Source: Endomicrobiales bacterium (GTDB taxonomy: Bacteria > Elusimicrobiota > Endomicrobiia > Endomicrobiales > JAFGIL01). Taken from it: DNA of 64,000 nt. The DNA lies in assembly GCA_016929635.1 (NCBI GenBank), contig JAFGIL010000004.1, forward strand, positions 38,415 through 102,414, in the 5' to 3' direction. A program made the position numbers and the translations under genes. Shown here one piece after another: positions 13,501 through 28,500 of this stretch. Each line of letters begins with the position of its first letter. Position 1 is the first letter of the stretch. Below the pieces are notes generated by a model. That model did not search any database. It had not been told where the DNA came from and worked only from the letters and a program-made list of their open reading frames with translations.

Positions 13501-16500
13501 CTGTTAAATTAGCCTGCCCTGTAATTGTCTGCTGGGCAACATCGGTTACATAAAGTGTCCTGGCTCCTACTTTAACAAGCTTTAAAGTTTCGGAATCGAT
13601 AGAAATACTAAACGTACGTTTACCCTGGTCCTGGCTCTTGAATTTATAATCTGCCGGCAGCCATCCTTCATATTGTTCGTAAGTCCCTCCATCGTGATAA
13701 TATTCAGGACCAAGAGGACCACCGATAGGACCATCTATAGTAAACCTGACTGTACCCTGATAATTCTGTGCCGAATCATTATTTGTATCCCTTGCTTCAA
13801 TCGTTATGCTAACAGACTGACCCGCTTCTGGTGTTTCATTATCAACAGAAACCGCAAATTGAGAAGCAGGCAGTGTAACAGAAAATCTGGTCCAGTTTGC
13901 TAATGTATCATCTTGAACGTTCGTAGCACTATCATTAGCACGTGATTTTGCCAAGTACCATCTCCCTGAACGCCACTTACCTGTCATATCTTCCGAATAC
14001 CATGCTGCTCCGCCGGAAGCTTGATTCCAGATTAGAGAACCAGTATATAAAGTCCATGTTGACTGAGCACCATCCCATACATAATCTATGCCTGATTCAA
14101 TAAGGTTTTCTGTTCCTGAATCCAAAATAATACAGTAATCAACTCCTCCGCTGGGAATACCGCTTGCATTATATCCCACAGGTTCAATATCATCAGCCGT
14201 ACCTCTGATATATTTTATGTTTTCTACATATTGCCCTTCTAAAGGATCAACTTCAGAATCATCAGGTTTAATTGCTTTCGTAATAACTGAAGTAGGTTTT
14301 GTAACATCATAAATAAATGTATGCGTTGAATAGAATGGTTCTAAATTGCCAATCGTGTCGGAAGACTTTAATGTCATACGATAATATCTACCATCACTCC
14401 ATGTTAAGCTTGGTTCAATATATTCCCAGTTTACTGTCACTCCACCAGGAGCCTGTGTAGTTATATCAATCCAGTACTGCCCGTCTCCTATCCAGTCCTT
14501 CGAACCACCGTCATCATACCATGTTAAATTATCAGACAGGTTTTCAAGCATAAATCTGACTTTCAATATACCTGCGGTCGCGTCTTGAGCAGTTCCTGAA
14601 AGCGTACTTAAAGTACCTGCTTTATATGAACCGTTGTTTGCCGGACATAACATCTTGGATGTTGGGCCTGTATCATCAAACGTAAATGTTGCTCCGCGTA
14701 CAGAATACCAGTTTTCCTGGTTTGTCGCATTATCAACTGCCCTGGCTGTTATATAGTAAGAAGTTCCGCTGACTAATTGGGCATCAGTAAGACCAGCATA
14801 CTCCCATGGAGATGAACCGGTTGGAGTTAGAGGATAAGGATCTGTCCCTCCCTGATCAAATGCCGTACTGCCCCACCAATTCATATTTGAGTTATCTCTT
14901 ATCGCAAGTTTTACATACGAAACTCCGCTGGGCCCGGATTCACCAATTGTTGTCGGTAAATCCTGAGAAGTACCTGAAATAGAACTAAGCGAGGAAATAA
15001 ATGTGCCGTTTGTAGGCAGAGAAACATGAGTTTCCGGATTGGTTGTATCATATCTAAAGAATGACGTTGAATAAACCGTTGAATAGTTCCCTGCTGTATC
15101 TTTCACCCTTGAATTAACCTGATAAGGATATCCTGATGTCCAGGCGCTAAACGTTGCATACCATACATCCCATGTAGATGTATTAGTTACAATAAACCAT
15201 GCATTTTCAGCAGTTAAAAGGCCATTCCAACCAGTTCCATTTTCCCACCATTCATTTGTCTGTTCATTCATAACTCTTATCTCAACAAAACTAAGAGAAT
15301 ATGTATCAGAAGCGTACCCTGAAATTGTAGGCAAGGTATTATAATTTTTACTTGGAGGATAAACTAAAGATTCTTCAGGCATAAGATTATGGCTTTCAGG
15401 AGCAGATACGTCAAAATACCACGTAGAACCGTGATGCAGTTCCCCGTAAGTATCCTTTTCAATGTTACCTGCTACATCGTATGCTATGCATTGAATCTGG
15501 TACTCTTCGTCATCGTTCCATGCAGGCAATCCATCCGTGCTTGTACGGGTCCAGCGCTTCACTCCCAAAGGAAGGCTTTGTAAAGTTGTGCCTAATTCAC
15601 ATTGAGACTGATCAGTACTCCAGTTATCCGGACTGCTCATAAAGTATTTACCCTGTCTGTTCGAACTGCCGTTGTCTGTCACGCAATATATAAATACTTT
15701 AACACTGCCTATTCCGCTTCTGTTGGATGCAGCTGCTGGCATATCGTTTGCCGTACCTGATAAAGTAGTAACTGCGCTATAGTACCCGCCATTAACAGGG
15801 AACTCTACACGGGATTCAGGCCTCGTAGTATCAAATACAAATCTTTCATCATATGCACCCGGAGGACCTTTTGTTTCAACTTCTCCGCCGACATCTTCTG
15901 CTTTTGACCAAATATAATATTCATTGCGATCTGCCCAATTTGGAGTTGATATAAATGTCCAGTAAGGTGAACCCAGGGTAGCTTCAGGCCATGTAGCAGG
16001 CACTGAATCCTGCCAGCTTGTGCCGTTCCAGTATGTCGCACCCCGAGTAACATCTCTTATCAATATTCTTACTTTGCTTATACCGAAAGCATCAAAAGCT
16101 GTTCCTGAAATTGTAGGCAATTCTCTCATATAATCTGAAATACCCACAACAGAGGACGTTGGCTTGTGCGTATCATATACAAACATTGCTGAACTGTATG
16201 TGGTTTCAAAATTACCTGTCTGCGTTCCGTTATCATATGCTTTATCAAAAGTTCTTGCATATATTGTATATGTTGACTGGCTCACTAATGCTGATGAAAG
16301 GTCTCCGTCAAAATAATACCAGAAAGTGTTGTTAGGTGTTAACTGGTAAGTTGCCTGTATAAAGTTTGGTGTTGACTGGCTTACTGTAAAGCCAGAACCA
16401 TCCCACCATAAGGTTGTTATATCATTTTGTATTGCAATCTCGCTCTTTAATATGCCAGCGGCATTTGTCGCGCCAAGAATGTCCTGAGAAGTACCGCTTA

Positions 16501-19500
16501 TTGTAGGCACTGTCTTTAATACCTGTCCGTAAGCAGGATAAGTTATTTTACTTGTTGGTGTGGATTGATCACATATAAATGTTACGGAATTTATACCCAC
16601 GTCAAAAGCACTTTCTACATTGGGCGGTGACGATAAGTCCTGTGCTTTTGTTAATATCATATATTTATGACCGTCAATCCAGTAGTCATTTACTAATGAA
16701 TAATCCCATGTCGTAGAACCATTGACCTGATGGAAAGTTTGCGCTAAATTAAATCCATCCACACCATTCCACCAGCTGTTGGCAATTCCTAAAGACATAT
16801 CCTGAATTGCTATCTGTTCAATGTAATCCTCTGTTATACCGCTTCCGCCGACGCTGGAAGGTAAATCAACAGCCGTACCTGAAAGAGTTGTTAAATTGAA
16901 GTAATAACTCTGATGGGCTGGCAGTTTTACTCTTGAATCCGGATCGTCTTCATCATAAATGAAATATATATCATATGGCGGTATATCACTTACAGCTTCC
17001 GATGATCCTGCAACGTCCCATGCACGAGAAGTAATTTCATACCTTCTTCCGCTTATATAGGTAATTGAAGTTGTGTATGACCATGTTGATGTATACACAT
17101 CGCTAGGATTGACAGCAACCCATGATGAATTTGTAACGGACTGCCATCCCTGTGTACCATACCAGCAGCGCAAAACCGCTTGAGTCTGAGCATTTTTCTC
17201 AACTATTCTAACCTGAATGCTTCCAACTCCTGAATCAGCATCATAGCATCCGCCCTTTATTTCAGAAACAGAGCTTAGATAAGTTGCCGTTTGCGGAGTA
17301 GTAACGGTTGATGTTGGTGATACTTCATCATACCAGAACGTAGATTCCGGATAAGGTATAGTAATAGTATTACCTGCAATATCTTGTATCCAAACAACTA
17401 CTTTGTATTCTTTGCCATTTTCCCAGGTAGGATCTGATGCTCTCTGCCAGTTTGAACCAGCCAGACTTGCAGTTTCCCATACAGCATTTCCTTCGCTATT
17501 GCTAAATCCAACGCTATCCCACCAAGTATCACCGGCACCTGAAGGATTTTCCATATATGTAATACTAGCTTTTGCAATTCCGTAAGCATCGTATGATGTA
17601 CCGGTAATTGTAGCTAGGCTGCTGTGCCATCCACCGTATTCAGGTAGTACAAAATTAGCTAAAGGTGGTGTTTTGTCATATCTGAAAAGAATCGGGGTAC
17701 TGGTATTACTCATGTTTTCAGCTTCGTCAAACGCACGGCACTGCACTCGATACTGATAACCATCCTGTAACGGCGGAGAAGCCCATTCCCATCTGCTTCC
17801 AAGCCAGGTTGCGGTTGAATACACAGGAACGCTGGAACTAAACGTCGAAGTTGCAAAATTCCACCAGCCTCCGGAAGGACTCTGTTCTCTTATGGCAACA
17901 TGCACCCTGTCGATATTTCCCGGATTATCCCAGGCAGTACCTGTTATAGTAGGAACGAAGTTAAGAACTGCTCCGCTTGCAGGGAATTTAACAGTTGCTG
18001 TAGGTTTCTCCACATCATATGTAAATGTCAACTCTTCAATCGGTGATTGTATGTTAGGATTATTCGGAGTACTTGCATCAATTGCGTTATCCTTTGCCCT
18101 TACATAAATCTTGTAGTCCTGAGTGCCCCAAGGCGGGACATCCGTATATTGCCACTGTGCAGGGGAACCAGGTGTTGTGGAAGTTGCCAGCCAATATGCA
18201 GGCGTATCACTGGATATCCAAATTGCGCCGTTCCACCATGTTGTACTATAATTTAAGTCCTGAATGGCTATGTCAACGGTTTTTATGCCGCTTACTTCAT
18301 CTGCAGCTGTTCCGGAAATTGAATTCAGATTATTTGCATACTGGGCATCCGGCACTAAAATAGTCGCTGTAGGTCTGCCTATATCCCAAGTAAATAAACT
18401 CGGTGCTTTGCCCGGAGGAGAAGTCTCAACATTACCTGCATCATCCCATGCTTCAGCTGCAATAAAGTATGAAGTTCCGTCATCGAGGTCATCCTGGTCG
18501 ATTCCAACATAATCCCATGTATTTGTATTATTTGCCTGAATGAACACATAATCATTCTCGCTGAATGAGCCGCCGCTCCACCACTTGCCATCAGATTTTC
18601 TCTGGATAGCAACCTTTACTTTAGTTATACTGCCGCCCGCTGAATCCTGTGCCGTACCTGAAATAGTTGTAAAAGTTTTACAATAATAAGAACCGCTTGA
18701 AGGTAAGCTTACGTAGGATTCCGGAGCATCTGTATCGTAAACAAATGCAGCAGTTGTGAATTCAAGATGATAATTGCCTGCATCATCATAAGCACGGGCG
18801 CTGATTGTATATGTTATTCCGTCGGAGAATGCACCGGTTGCCTGGGTTGTATACCATAATTCATACTGAGGGCTTACTGTAGTCTTTGCAACGAACCACT
18901 CGTTATCTCCTTCGTCTTTATTAAATGCCTGCTGTGCAACATTCCAATACTGGCTCAGGCCCCCGTGTTTTATTCTGACTTCAACTTTATTTAATGTATC
19001 CGTATCTGTAGGATAAGAGTCTTCCGCTGTTCCGCTGATAGTTGGCATGCTGGTTTGTCTTGATGTAGCTACATCTCCCGGAGGCATTACAAGTTTAGTA
19101 CTCGGAGGATCATTGTCATATTTGAATGTCCATGTATATTCAGTTGATTCATTGTTTGCTTTATCTGTTGATTTTGCATATACCTTATACTCTGTACCGT
19201 AGTTCCATGTAGGAGTAGAACCGGTAAACGACCAGCTTACTGATTCAGTATAATCAGGTAAATTAATCTGGTCAGTTGCAAGATATGTAATATCCTCTTC
19301 ATTAAATCCTGACCCGTCCCAATAATTTCCGCCTAAAGTAGGATTTAGCTGTATTGCCACATCAACTCTGTCTAAATAAGATTTTAATCCTGCCGAGCCC
19401 GGCTCATTTGCGGTTCCGTAAATTGTAGCAAGAGGAGCTTTTTCAAATGCAGCATTCGGTTCTTTTATCTCGACTAAAGGAATATTGTCGTCATAGAGGA

Positions 19501-22500
19501 AAGTCCTGGTGGTCCAATTAGACAAATTACCTGCTAAATCCTGGGCTCTTGTATTAATCCTGTACTGAGTTTCATTCTGCCAGTCAGCGCTTGGTTTATA
19601 CAATGACCAGTTAGCCATAGAGCCTGCGCCTTTTGTGCTGTTTGCAACATCCCAGTACGACGTAACAACCCAGGACGAATCTGTGACTCGCCAGTATCTG
19701 TAATCTGACAATCTTCTTATTCGAACATACACATTACTTATACCCGAGAGTGTATCTACAGGAATATCTACTGCGGTACCGGATATGGTTGGCAACGGAC
19801 GTGCAGGGCTGTAATCGACATTTACAACCGGGTCATCAATATATGTATTAGGACCAGTTACATCAAACAGGAAATAGATAGTAGAACCGCTGCTCAGATT
19901 AGTTCCGAGGTCATATGCTTCTGCCATTACATAATAGTATCTGGGGCTGCCGGTCTGCCAGTTAGGCAAATCTTCCGTTGATACCCATACAGTATATGTG
20001 GCTCCGTAGGATAAAACATTTGCATTAATTCTTGCACTTGGCGTTTCGCTGGAATAACTTACACCATTCCAATAATATGTATCGCCGCTGCTTAAATACG
20101 ATATCTTCAATTTAACCTGTGTTACGCCGCTGAAATCATCATTGGCTGTACCTGAAATAGTTGGTAATGAGCTCTTTGTCCCTTGATTAGCCGGGAGTTT
20201 TATAAGCACCTGCGGCCCTTGGTTATCAAAGGAGAATACAACGGAAGAAATTCCAACGTCAAACGTATCGCTGACATTTCCGGAACCGTCTTCCGCCCTG
20301 CTCAGTATTAAATACTTGTGCCCTGACTGCCATCCGTTAACCTCATCCATCAGATCCGGCGGGTCGCCGTAAGTCCAGTTGGCAACCGTTCCTGCATTAT
20401 AACTGTGCCAGTAATCATCAGGATTACCGGATTCAAAGCTGGAGCCGTTCCAATATTCGTTATCGGTTAAATCCTGAATCCTTACCTCTACGTTTACAAC
20501 ACCTGTAAAGTCATCTCCTGATATACCCTGGATCTCCAGTAAATTATTATAACCCGATAAATGCACCGGGACCTGTATTGTTGTCTGTGGATTAAGCGAG
20601 TCAACTTCAAATGTAGTTGTAGAGAATAAAACTTGTACGTTCTTAGCTTTATCAGTTGCAAGTATGTTCAATTTATACTCTTCTCCCGATACCCAGCTGA
20701 TTGGCCACGGGAAGTACCACCACGTACCTCCTGCAGTAAGATTTTCTGTGGCAAGCCATGAGGATGTATTTACCTGCCATCCCGGAGATCCCGGGCCCTT
20801 CCAATAATATTTATCAGTACCGCTTTCATAATATACTCTAATCTTAGTATTAGCAACATTATCCGGCAAATCATCAATAGCAGTACCGGAAAGTGTGGTC
20901 AGCAGTTTTGTCGAAATATTATATTGCCCGCCCTCTTTCGGCAATACTGAAGCTGATTGAGGAGGATCTATATCAACCGTAAATGTTCTTGTAGAAATTA
21001 CGGTATGGTTTTCATAATTAGGTGAAGATGCTATGTTATCCTGAGCACGTACTCTTATTCTGTATCTCTTACCTGATATCCACGGAGGAGCATCTGTTAA
21101 ACGCCATTCTACTGTTGGATCAGTAGGATAATCTTCGTAAGTAATAGTAGTCGTACTCATTGTCTGCAATTCCGTTGTCTGCCATGTTCCGTATTCATTA
21201 TAAGCAACCCACGAACTTGTCCAGCAATCCCACCATTTATCGCCGCTGGACGCTGTGTCCATGCTATAAGGTGATTCGTCTAATCGGATAGAAAGTTTTA
21301 TCTGGTTTACTCCGGCAAAATCAAGCCCGCCGCCTGGATAATCTACGCTTGTTCCGGATATTGTGCTTAGGTAATCATCTGTGGAATATCCTTCATTTTC
21401 TTTTGGGCGTAAAACAAATGAAACCGGTGCATGAGTATCAAAACCAATCGTATATGTAACAGAAGAACATAATACATTTATATTATCCGTTGCTCTAATT
21501 GAAACGTCATATAATTCTCCGCTTTGCCATGTCGGTAAAGTATTGTAGTTAAATGAGGCGGTACCCTGCGTGTCTCCTGTAACAGTTGCTGTCGGCCATG
21601 TTGAGGGTTCCGTTCCTGACCATGAACCGTTCCAATAAGAACTATCAGAATTTCTCTTAATTAATACCTCAACCTGCTTTATGCCTGCTCTGTACAATGG
21701 TGCAACAGGATAATCAAGCGCTGTTCCTGAAATCGACAACAATGACGAATAGAATTGATTATCTGTTATATTTACAAAAGTGGTCTTCGGCGCTGATGAA
21801 TCAAATTTGAAGTAGTTGTTCTGTTCCGTCTGCTTGTTTCCTGGTAAGGGCAAGGCATTATCATATGACCATGCTCTTATACGATACCTGTGTCCATCTG
21901 ACCAGTTTTCATTTAGAACTGCTGTTGATGACCATGTAGACCATGCATCTGATGTTTGCGCTGTCCATGTAGAAGGACTGCTTGTGGTCCAGCCTCCTGC
22001 CGGAGATTCCCAATACATACCGGTATAATCATCATAAATTGTTAACTGTATTGTCCTGACTCCGGATTTCCATGGGCCATCAACTGCTGTCACATCAGTT
22101 GCAGTTCCTGAGATTGTCGGCATTGCAGAATAGAAAGACTCAGCTGCTGTTGGCGTGCTGATTACAGCTTCAGGCGCTGTATTATCAAACATGAACGTTG
22201 AACTGCCAACGTTATACCAGTCTGTCTCATTCCCTGCATAATCGTCTGCCCAGTTTGTAATGTAATAAGAAACACCTGATTTCAATACACCCTGTAATAC
22301 CGCACTATAATATGTCCAGTTGCCAACAGGCGTAAAATTATTTGTGTTTGGACTGTTGCCGTTAAAACCTACAGCGCCATCAAACCACTTTTTGTCTGTA
22401 TTTTGCCTTATTGCAACTTTACGTGTCTTTGTCCCGGAGTTGTTGCCAGGATCAGGCTCGTCCCAAGACGTTCCTGATATTGTGCCAAGCGCTCTCCAGT

Positions 22501-25500
22501 ATTCCCCGTTTGACGGCTTTGTTACTTGTACTTCAGGTAAATCGGTATCGTATAGAATTACATGTGATGAATAAGAAACTCCCCATTGTCCGGATTTATC
22601 TCTTACCCTTACGTTAATATTAAAATACCTGCCGCTATTCCATCTTGTAAACGTTGCATACCATACATCCCATGTGGACGTATTTGTGGCAACGAACCAT
22701 GCTGTTTCAGGCGTCAACGCGCTAGGATTGTTATCATCCCAGTCATCAATGAACCTTTCATACCATTTTGTTAAACTATTATCATAAATACGCACTTGGA
22801 CATAATTGATTGCACCGTTGCTGGCTCCAACAGAATCGCTCGCTGTACCTGAAATTGTAGGTAAAGAATTATATGCATCTACGTTCAAATCCGGTAACGT
22901 TAATGCAACTTCCGGCTGGTCTTCATCAAACATAAACACAACTGCCGCATGTGCTGATTCATTCTGAGACTGATCAACAGAACGTGCCTTGACTAAATAT
23001 TTTGTTCCGCTTACCCATGTTGGAGTGGATGCATTAGGCAAATACCATGTAACTGAATTTTCTTCACCCTGAGAAACCGCTCCGGCTCCTGTTACTTCAT
23101 ACCAGTTTGTAGTGCCTGATGTAAATCCGTCTCCTGCTGAACCAGGAACGAACCAGTTCCCGCTGCCTTTCTGTATAGCAACTTCAACTTTGTCAAGTCC
23201 TGATTTATTAATGCTTGCGCTATCAGGGTCATATGCTGTTCCTGAAATCGTAGGTAAAGTTGTGAAATACGATGTATTTGGTTTTTGCAGAACAACCTGC
23301 GGTACGGTCTCATCCCAGCGGAACTGTGCTGTTGTCCATAATGATAAATTCCCCGCATAATCTGATCCGCGAGAATTAAGTGTATATATTCGCCCGTCAT
23401 CCCACGAAATAGAATCAAAAGTCCATGGAGAAGTACCGCTTACTACAGTCCAAGTTGAGCTTGCATACCAATCAGCCAGAGTGTCAGACCAGTAATCTCC
23501 TCCGGGTGAACGGGAAATACGCAAATAAATTTTGTCCATCTCTGCCTTGATAGCTCCTCCGCCTGTAGGTAAATCATCTGAGGTTCCGGAGATTGTAGGC
23601 AGAGTAACCTGAGGGCCGTAGTAATCTCCATCTGGAATTTCTATACTTGTACTTGGAGCTGACTCATCATAAAGGAACGTAACTGTCGATAAAACAGTAT
23701 CATACTCGCCTGTTCTGTCCTGGGCACGGGATACAATCTGATAACGGGTACCGTCATCCCATGCCGAGTTGCTTATAGGATAATTCCATGTTTTTGTTCC
23801 GGTTCCAACAGTAACGTTTGCAGGGCACCATGTTGAACCGCCCAGCATATCTACCCAATTATTCTGGAAATAACTCCAATACTCATCGTCACCCTCTGCT
23901 CCTGCGATTCTTTGGATTGAAATCGAAACTGATTGAACACCGGATATATCAGCAAATGCTGTTCCGGTAATTGATGCTAAATTATTCAGTTTATCATTAG
24001 CTGCAGGTTTATTAATGCGTGATACAGGAGGAGTTGTGTCAACATAAAAATCAAATCCTGCCCCACCGTTATGCCAGTTGCTGTAGTTACCTACCGGCTT
24101 GGCATTATCATAGCCTCTGGCTTTTATATTATATTTTAAATCGGATGTCAGTTTAGATTGTGCTATGGATTTTGTCCATGTTAAAGGAGATCCTCCGAAA
24201 CTTGCATATGTAGGCGCATCTGCAATAAACGTCTGAGGAGTATCCGCAATCCAGTTATTTCCGTCATAGTACTCTGTGGTTCCCGTTGCTAAATAACGTG
24301 CTAATCTAAGGTAAACTGTTGCACCGCCTGCCAGAGTATCGCTGATCTGGCCTTCTAAATCAAGCACAGGAGGTTTTGCGTCAACTATCGGATTAACATA
24401 TTGGTCACCCGGGTAATCTACAGTTAGAACTGGCACTGCTTTATCAACTTTAAAGTTCATTGAAGATATCGGAACAGAATAAACGTTCTGCTGATTAGTT
24501 GCTTTATCTCTGGCTCTTACAACCGCTGTATATAATACGTTGCTTTCAAGTTCTGAATCAGGGAACGAAAATGTCCAGGAAGTATTGCTTACATTATATA
24601 CGGTTGTAGTTGACCATGATTGAGATACCTCAGTTGTCCAGCCCGGAGGCACGGCTCTCCAGTAACGGCCGCTGTACGTCCCGCTATTTGCCTTTATTTG
24701 AACCCTGACTGAGCCAAATGCTGAATCAGTGTCCAACTCACCCGGCGAGATATCCCTTGCCGTTCCTGATACTGTGGATAAAGTCGAAATCCAGTCTGTT
24801 GTATTGGGCCATTGAATGGTTGCAGTAGGTTTTGAGACATCGTACGTAAATCCATTTTCAGACGTAATTGTAAAGTTTTCCACAGGTGAAACATCGTCGT
24901 ATGCGCGCGCCCTTACATAATAGCTTTCTCCGTCTACCCAGGTGGAAACAAATAATTCCCATTTACTTCCATCCCATGAACCTGTTGAGTTCCATACGCT
25001 AGTCGATGACCAGGATGAATCTTTTACGCTCCAATAGTAGCTGTCTGACCTTCTCACGCTAACATGAATAGAGGTTACGCCTGACGGTGAATCGCTTGCT
25101 GTACCTGACAGTGTGGTTAACTGGTTATAGAATGATTGGATAGGTACGTTTACAACCAAATCAGGATCATTTGCATCTATAGTAACCGTAACAACCTGAT
25201 TAGGTGTCGGGGCATCCATATCAGCGTCACTGCCAAAAGGCGGAGGATTCCATTCAGGCACAGCGTTTGTTCCCACAGCTCTTGCTCTGATTGTATAGCT
25301 TGAACCGTGTACAAACTCAGTGTCTTCCGGAGTCAATGTCCATCTCCAGTATCCGCCTTCGTCATACAATCCTGCAGTCATTGCGGTTGCATAGCTAACC
25401 CAATATCCTCCGGTAGTTTCTGTATCAACATCCGTATAGTATAAACCGTCAGATTCACGCTGTAGAATTACATTTACATAATCTGTTTCTGCTATGCCTC

Positions 25501-28500
25501 CGCTTGCATGCGAAGCTGTACCTGTAATATTAGCTAAAGGAACATAATAATTTCCATCGACGTGCGTTGCAATTACTGATTGCGGATTTGGAGGAATTAA
25601 AGTGAATGTTCTTCCTGTTGTAAAGCCGCTGCTGTTTCCTGCTTTATCATAGGCAACCGCACTAATTGTATAATTTTCTCCCGGAGCTCCTGAATCAGGC
25701 TTCCATTCATTTACAATTGGAGTACGCTGCCATTTACCCTGAGCTTCAATGTACGTTGTAACGAGTAAGCAATCGTTGGAATCACCGCCCCATTTATTAC
25801 TTACTCCGTTATACCATTCTCCTCCTTCATGCTGTATTTTTACATAAACAAGCTCAATTTTACCTATGGAAGAATCAGAAACAGTTCCTGACGTAATCGT
25901 TAAATCAACAAACGAAGGATTGCCTGTTGGCGGCATCTCAACAGTACAAACTGGGTTGGTCGTATCATATATGAAATAATTAGTGTTGCCTGTTCCTGTA
26001 TTCTCAGCGTTATCCTGGCCGCGGCATACAACATTATAAGAAGTATGGTTTGTCCAGTAGTTATCATCTATGTTATAAACCCAGGTATATGAAGATGTGG
26101 CTATTTGGGTTACTGCTGCTGTGCTCCATACAACCGGGGACGAATCGAAACCATTGCTTCCGTTCCAGTATAGATTATCACTTAACCTTTGAATGGATAT
26201 TTCCACTGCCTTAACATCAGATTGAACGCCTCCGGCACCTCTCATATTCGGATCAGTTGCGGTGCCTCTGATTACAGTTAAAGATTTCTGCCATGAATTA
26301 TTTGCAGGGCTTGTACTCCTTACAACTGGTGCCGTTACATCATATATATAGGTATGTGTGGCAAAATTCTGTTCAAAATTCGGGCCCGGCACCTGCACAT
26401 TATCCTGAGCCCTTGCATTTATATAATGAGCAAATCCCTGATACCATGCATTCTGGTCAATCGTGATTTCCTGCCAGTCATTTCCGGTTGGTGTTTCAGA
26501 ACGCCATGAGTCTTCATCTCCTGTCCAATCCTCCGCGCTCATATTCATCCACAAACCATCAGAACGCTGTATCCTGATTTTAACAAGCGCAACACCAACA
26601 CCGGAACCGTCACTGCAATCACCTGATATAGTAGCCAGCTTTGTATTTGTGCTATACACCAGCTCGGGTTCAATAATTGTTGAAGTTGGAGGTGTCCAGT
26701 CAATCTGGAAGTATGAGGTCGTCCATTGACTTGTATTTGACGAACTGTCTATCGCAAGTGCATAAGCATAATAATCAACATTCGTATCCCACGCACCATC
26801 AGGCGGAACATCAGCAATTTTTGTATAAGTCCACGGGAATGTACCATTTGCAACATCCCAGAATGGACTTGTAGGAGAAACATCGAAATCATCAGTTCCA
26901 TTCCAGTAATCTCCGCCATCTATTCTTACTGCTATTTCTACCCTCTGAACTCCTGCAGCTCCCTGGTCTTGAGATGTACCTGATATAGTTGGCAGACTCT
27001 GATACCTTCCATTATTCTGAGGCAGGTTAATAGCTATCTGAGGCGGCTGTTTGTCTATTACAATAGTTACAGATGCAGAGACAGTTTCGTATTGATTAAT
27101 ATTTACTACATTATCCCTTGCTCTTGAGAATATAAAGTATTTACTATTATGTTTCCACGGGTCAGTTGAAATGGTTATGTCCCATTCATCATCTTCCCCT
27201 GATGGGAATGTGCAGGGGTTAAATCTTCCGGCATCAATATCATCAACCCATTCTCTTGTGCTTTCTTTCCAGTATAAACCGTCTGATTCTCGCTGAATCA
27301 ATACTGTCACATCAGCAACGCCTGCTGCCTGTACACCGCCTGTGTCTATTGCAGTACCTGAAATTGTCAATACTTGTATATAACGCCCCATCTCTTTTGG
27401 ATAAACTATCCGGGAAGTAGGCGGCGTGGAATCGTTCTTGAATGATATTGTACTTGTTACGACACTAATGTTATTTCCTAAATCATAAGCCCTTACGCTT
27501 ATGTTATAAGTGTGTGCATCTGTCCAGAATGTGGCAGGATTAGGAATATAGTAAACCCAGCTTCCGCTGGCTCCGTTTACGCAACCGGTGCTAAACCATA
27601 CTGGTTGAGACGGGCTTGCAACCCACTGAGTCCCGTTGTAATACGTCGCTCCCAAAGTAAAATCCTTCAAACATATCTCAACTTTGGAAACACTGCTCGT
27701 AGTATCTTCCGCGGTTCCGCTTAAGGTTGTCAAATTGCTGTAAACCTTGCTTGCCTGATACAAAGGAGTTAACATTGCAACATTGGGAGGAACGTTGTCA
27801 AATACGAACGTGGCTGTTGAAAATACGAACTCCTCATTACCCGCTCTGTCTTTTGCTCTTGCATGAATTTGATATGTTGTATCTCCTGTTAAACCGGATA
27901 ATCCGGCATACGTCCATGAACTTACCCAGAAAGTTACTCCGGCGGTTGTCCAATCAGTCTTCGTATGCCAGCCATCAGCGCTATACGAACTTACTTTTAC
28001 TCTTATTCCATCACCCGGATTTAAACCGCTTAAATCCGCATTTGCTGTACCGCTGATTGTCGGAATAGACTTAAACGCATCCCAATTACTGGGATGCTCT
28101 ATGCCTACCAGCGGTGCTGTAGTATCATAAGTTACATCATAAGTTGACGGGGATGCGGTATTGCCGAGGTCATCTTTTGCCCAATAACTTATTAGATATT
28201 TTGTATCCGTCTTCCAGGTAACTCCATCCAAGTACCATTGCACTCCACTGCCTAATTCTTCCAAACCTGTAGGATCAATAGTACTTACACCGATACCCCA
28301 GTTGGAACCTTTCCAATATGTATTCGGATATGTTAAATCCTGAATTTTAATTCTAATATTACTTGCAATCTGGCTTATGCTGGAATAATATACCTGATTT
28401 GCATCCGTTGACGTACCGGATATACTTGTTAAAGTCTGCAGGAAATGATCGTCAGGGTCAACAAGGGCGCTGGTGGGTGCATAATCATCATATATGAAAG

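Noticed and set aside
16081-16900. Apparent frameshift in the giant ORF near 16.5-16.9 kb
   Set aside because: It was my own one-base indexing error when copying lines. After re-indexing against the printed coordinates, the motifs at 16894 and 16558 are in the same frame as 46477, and 17617..16081 translates continuously.
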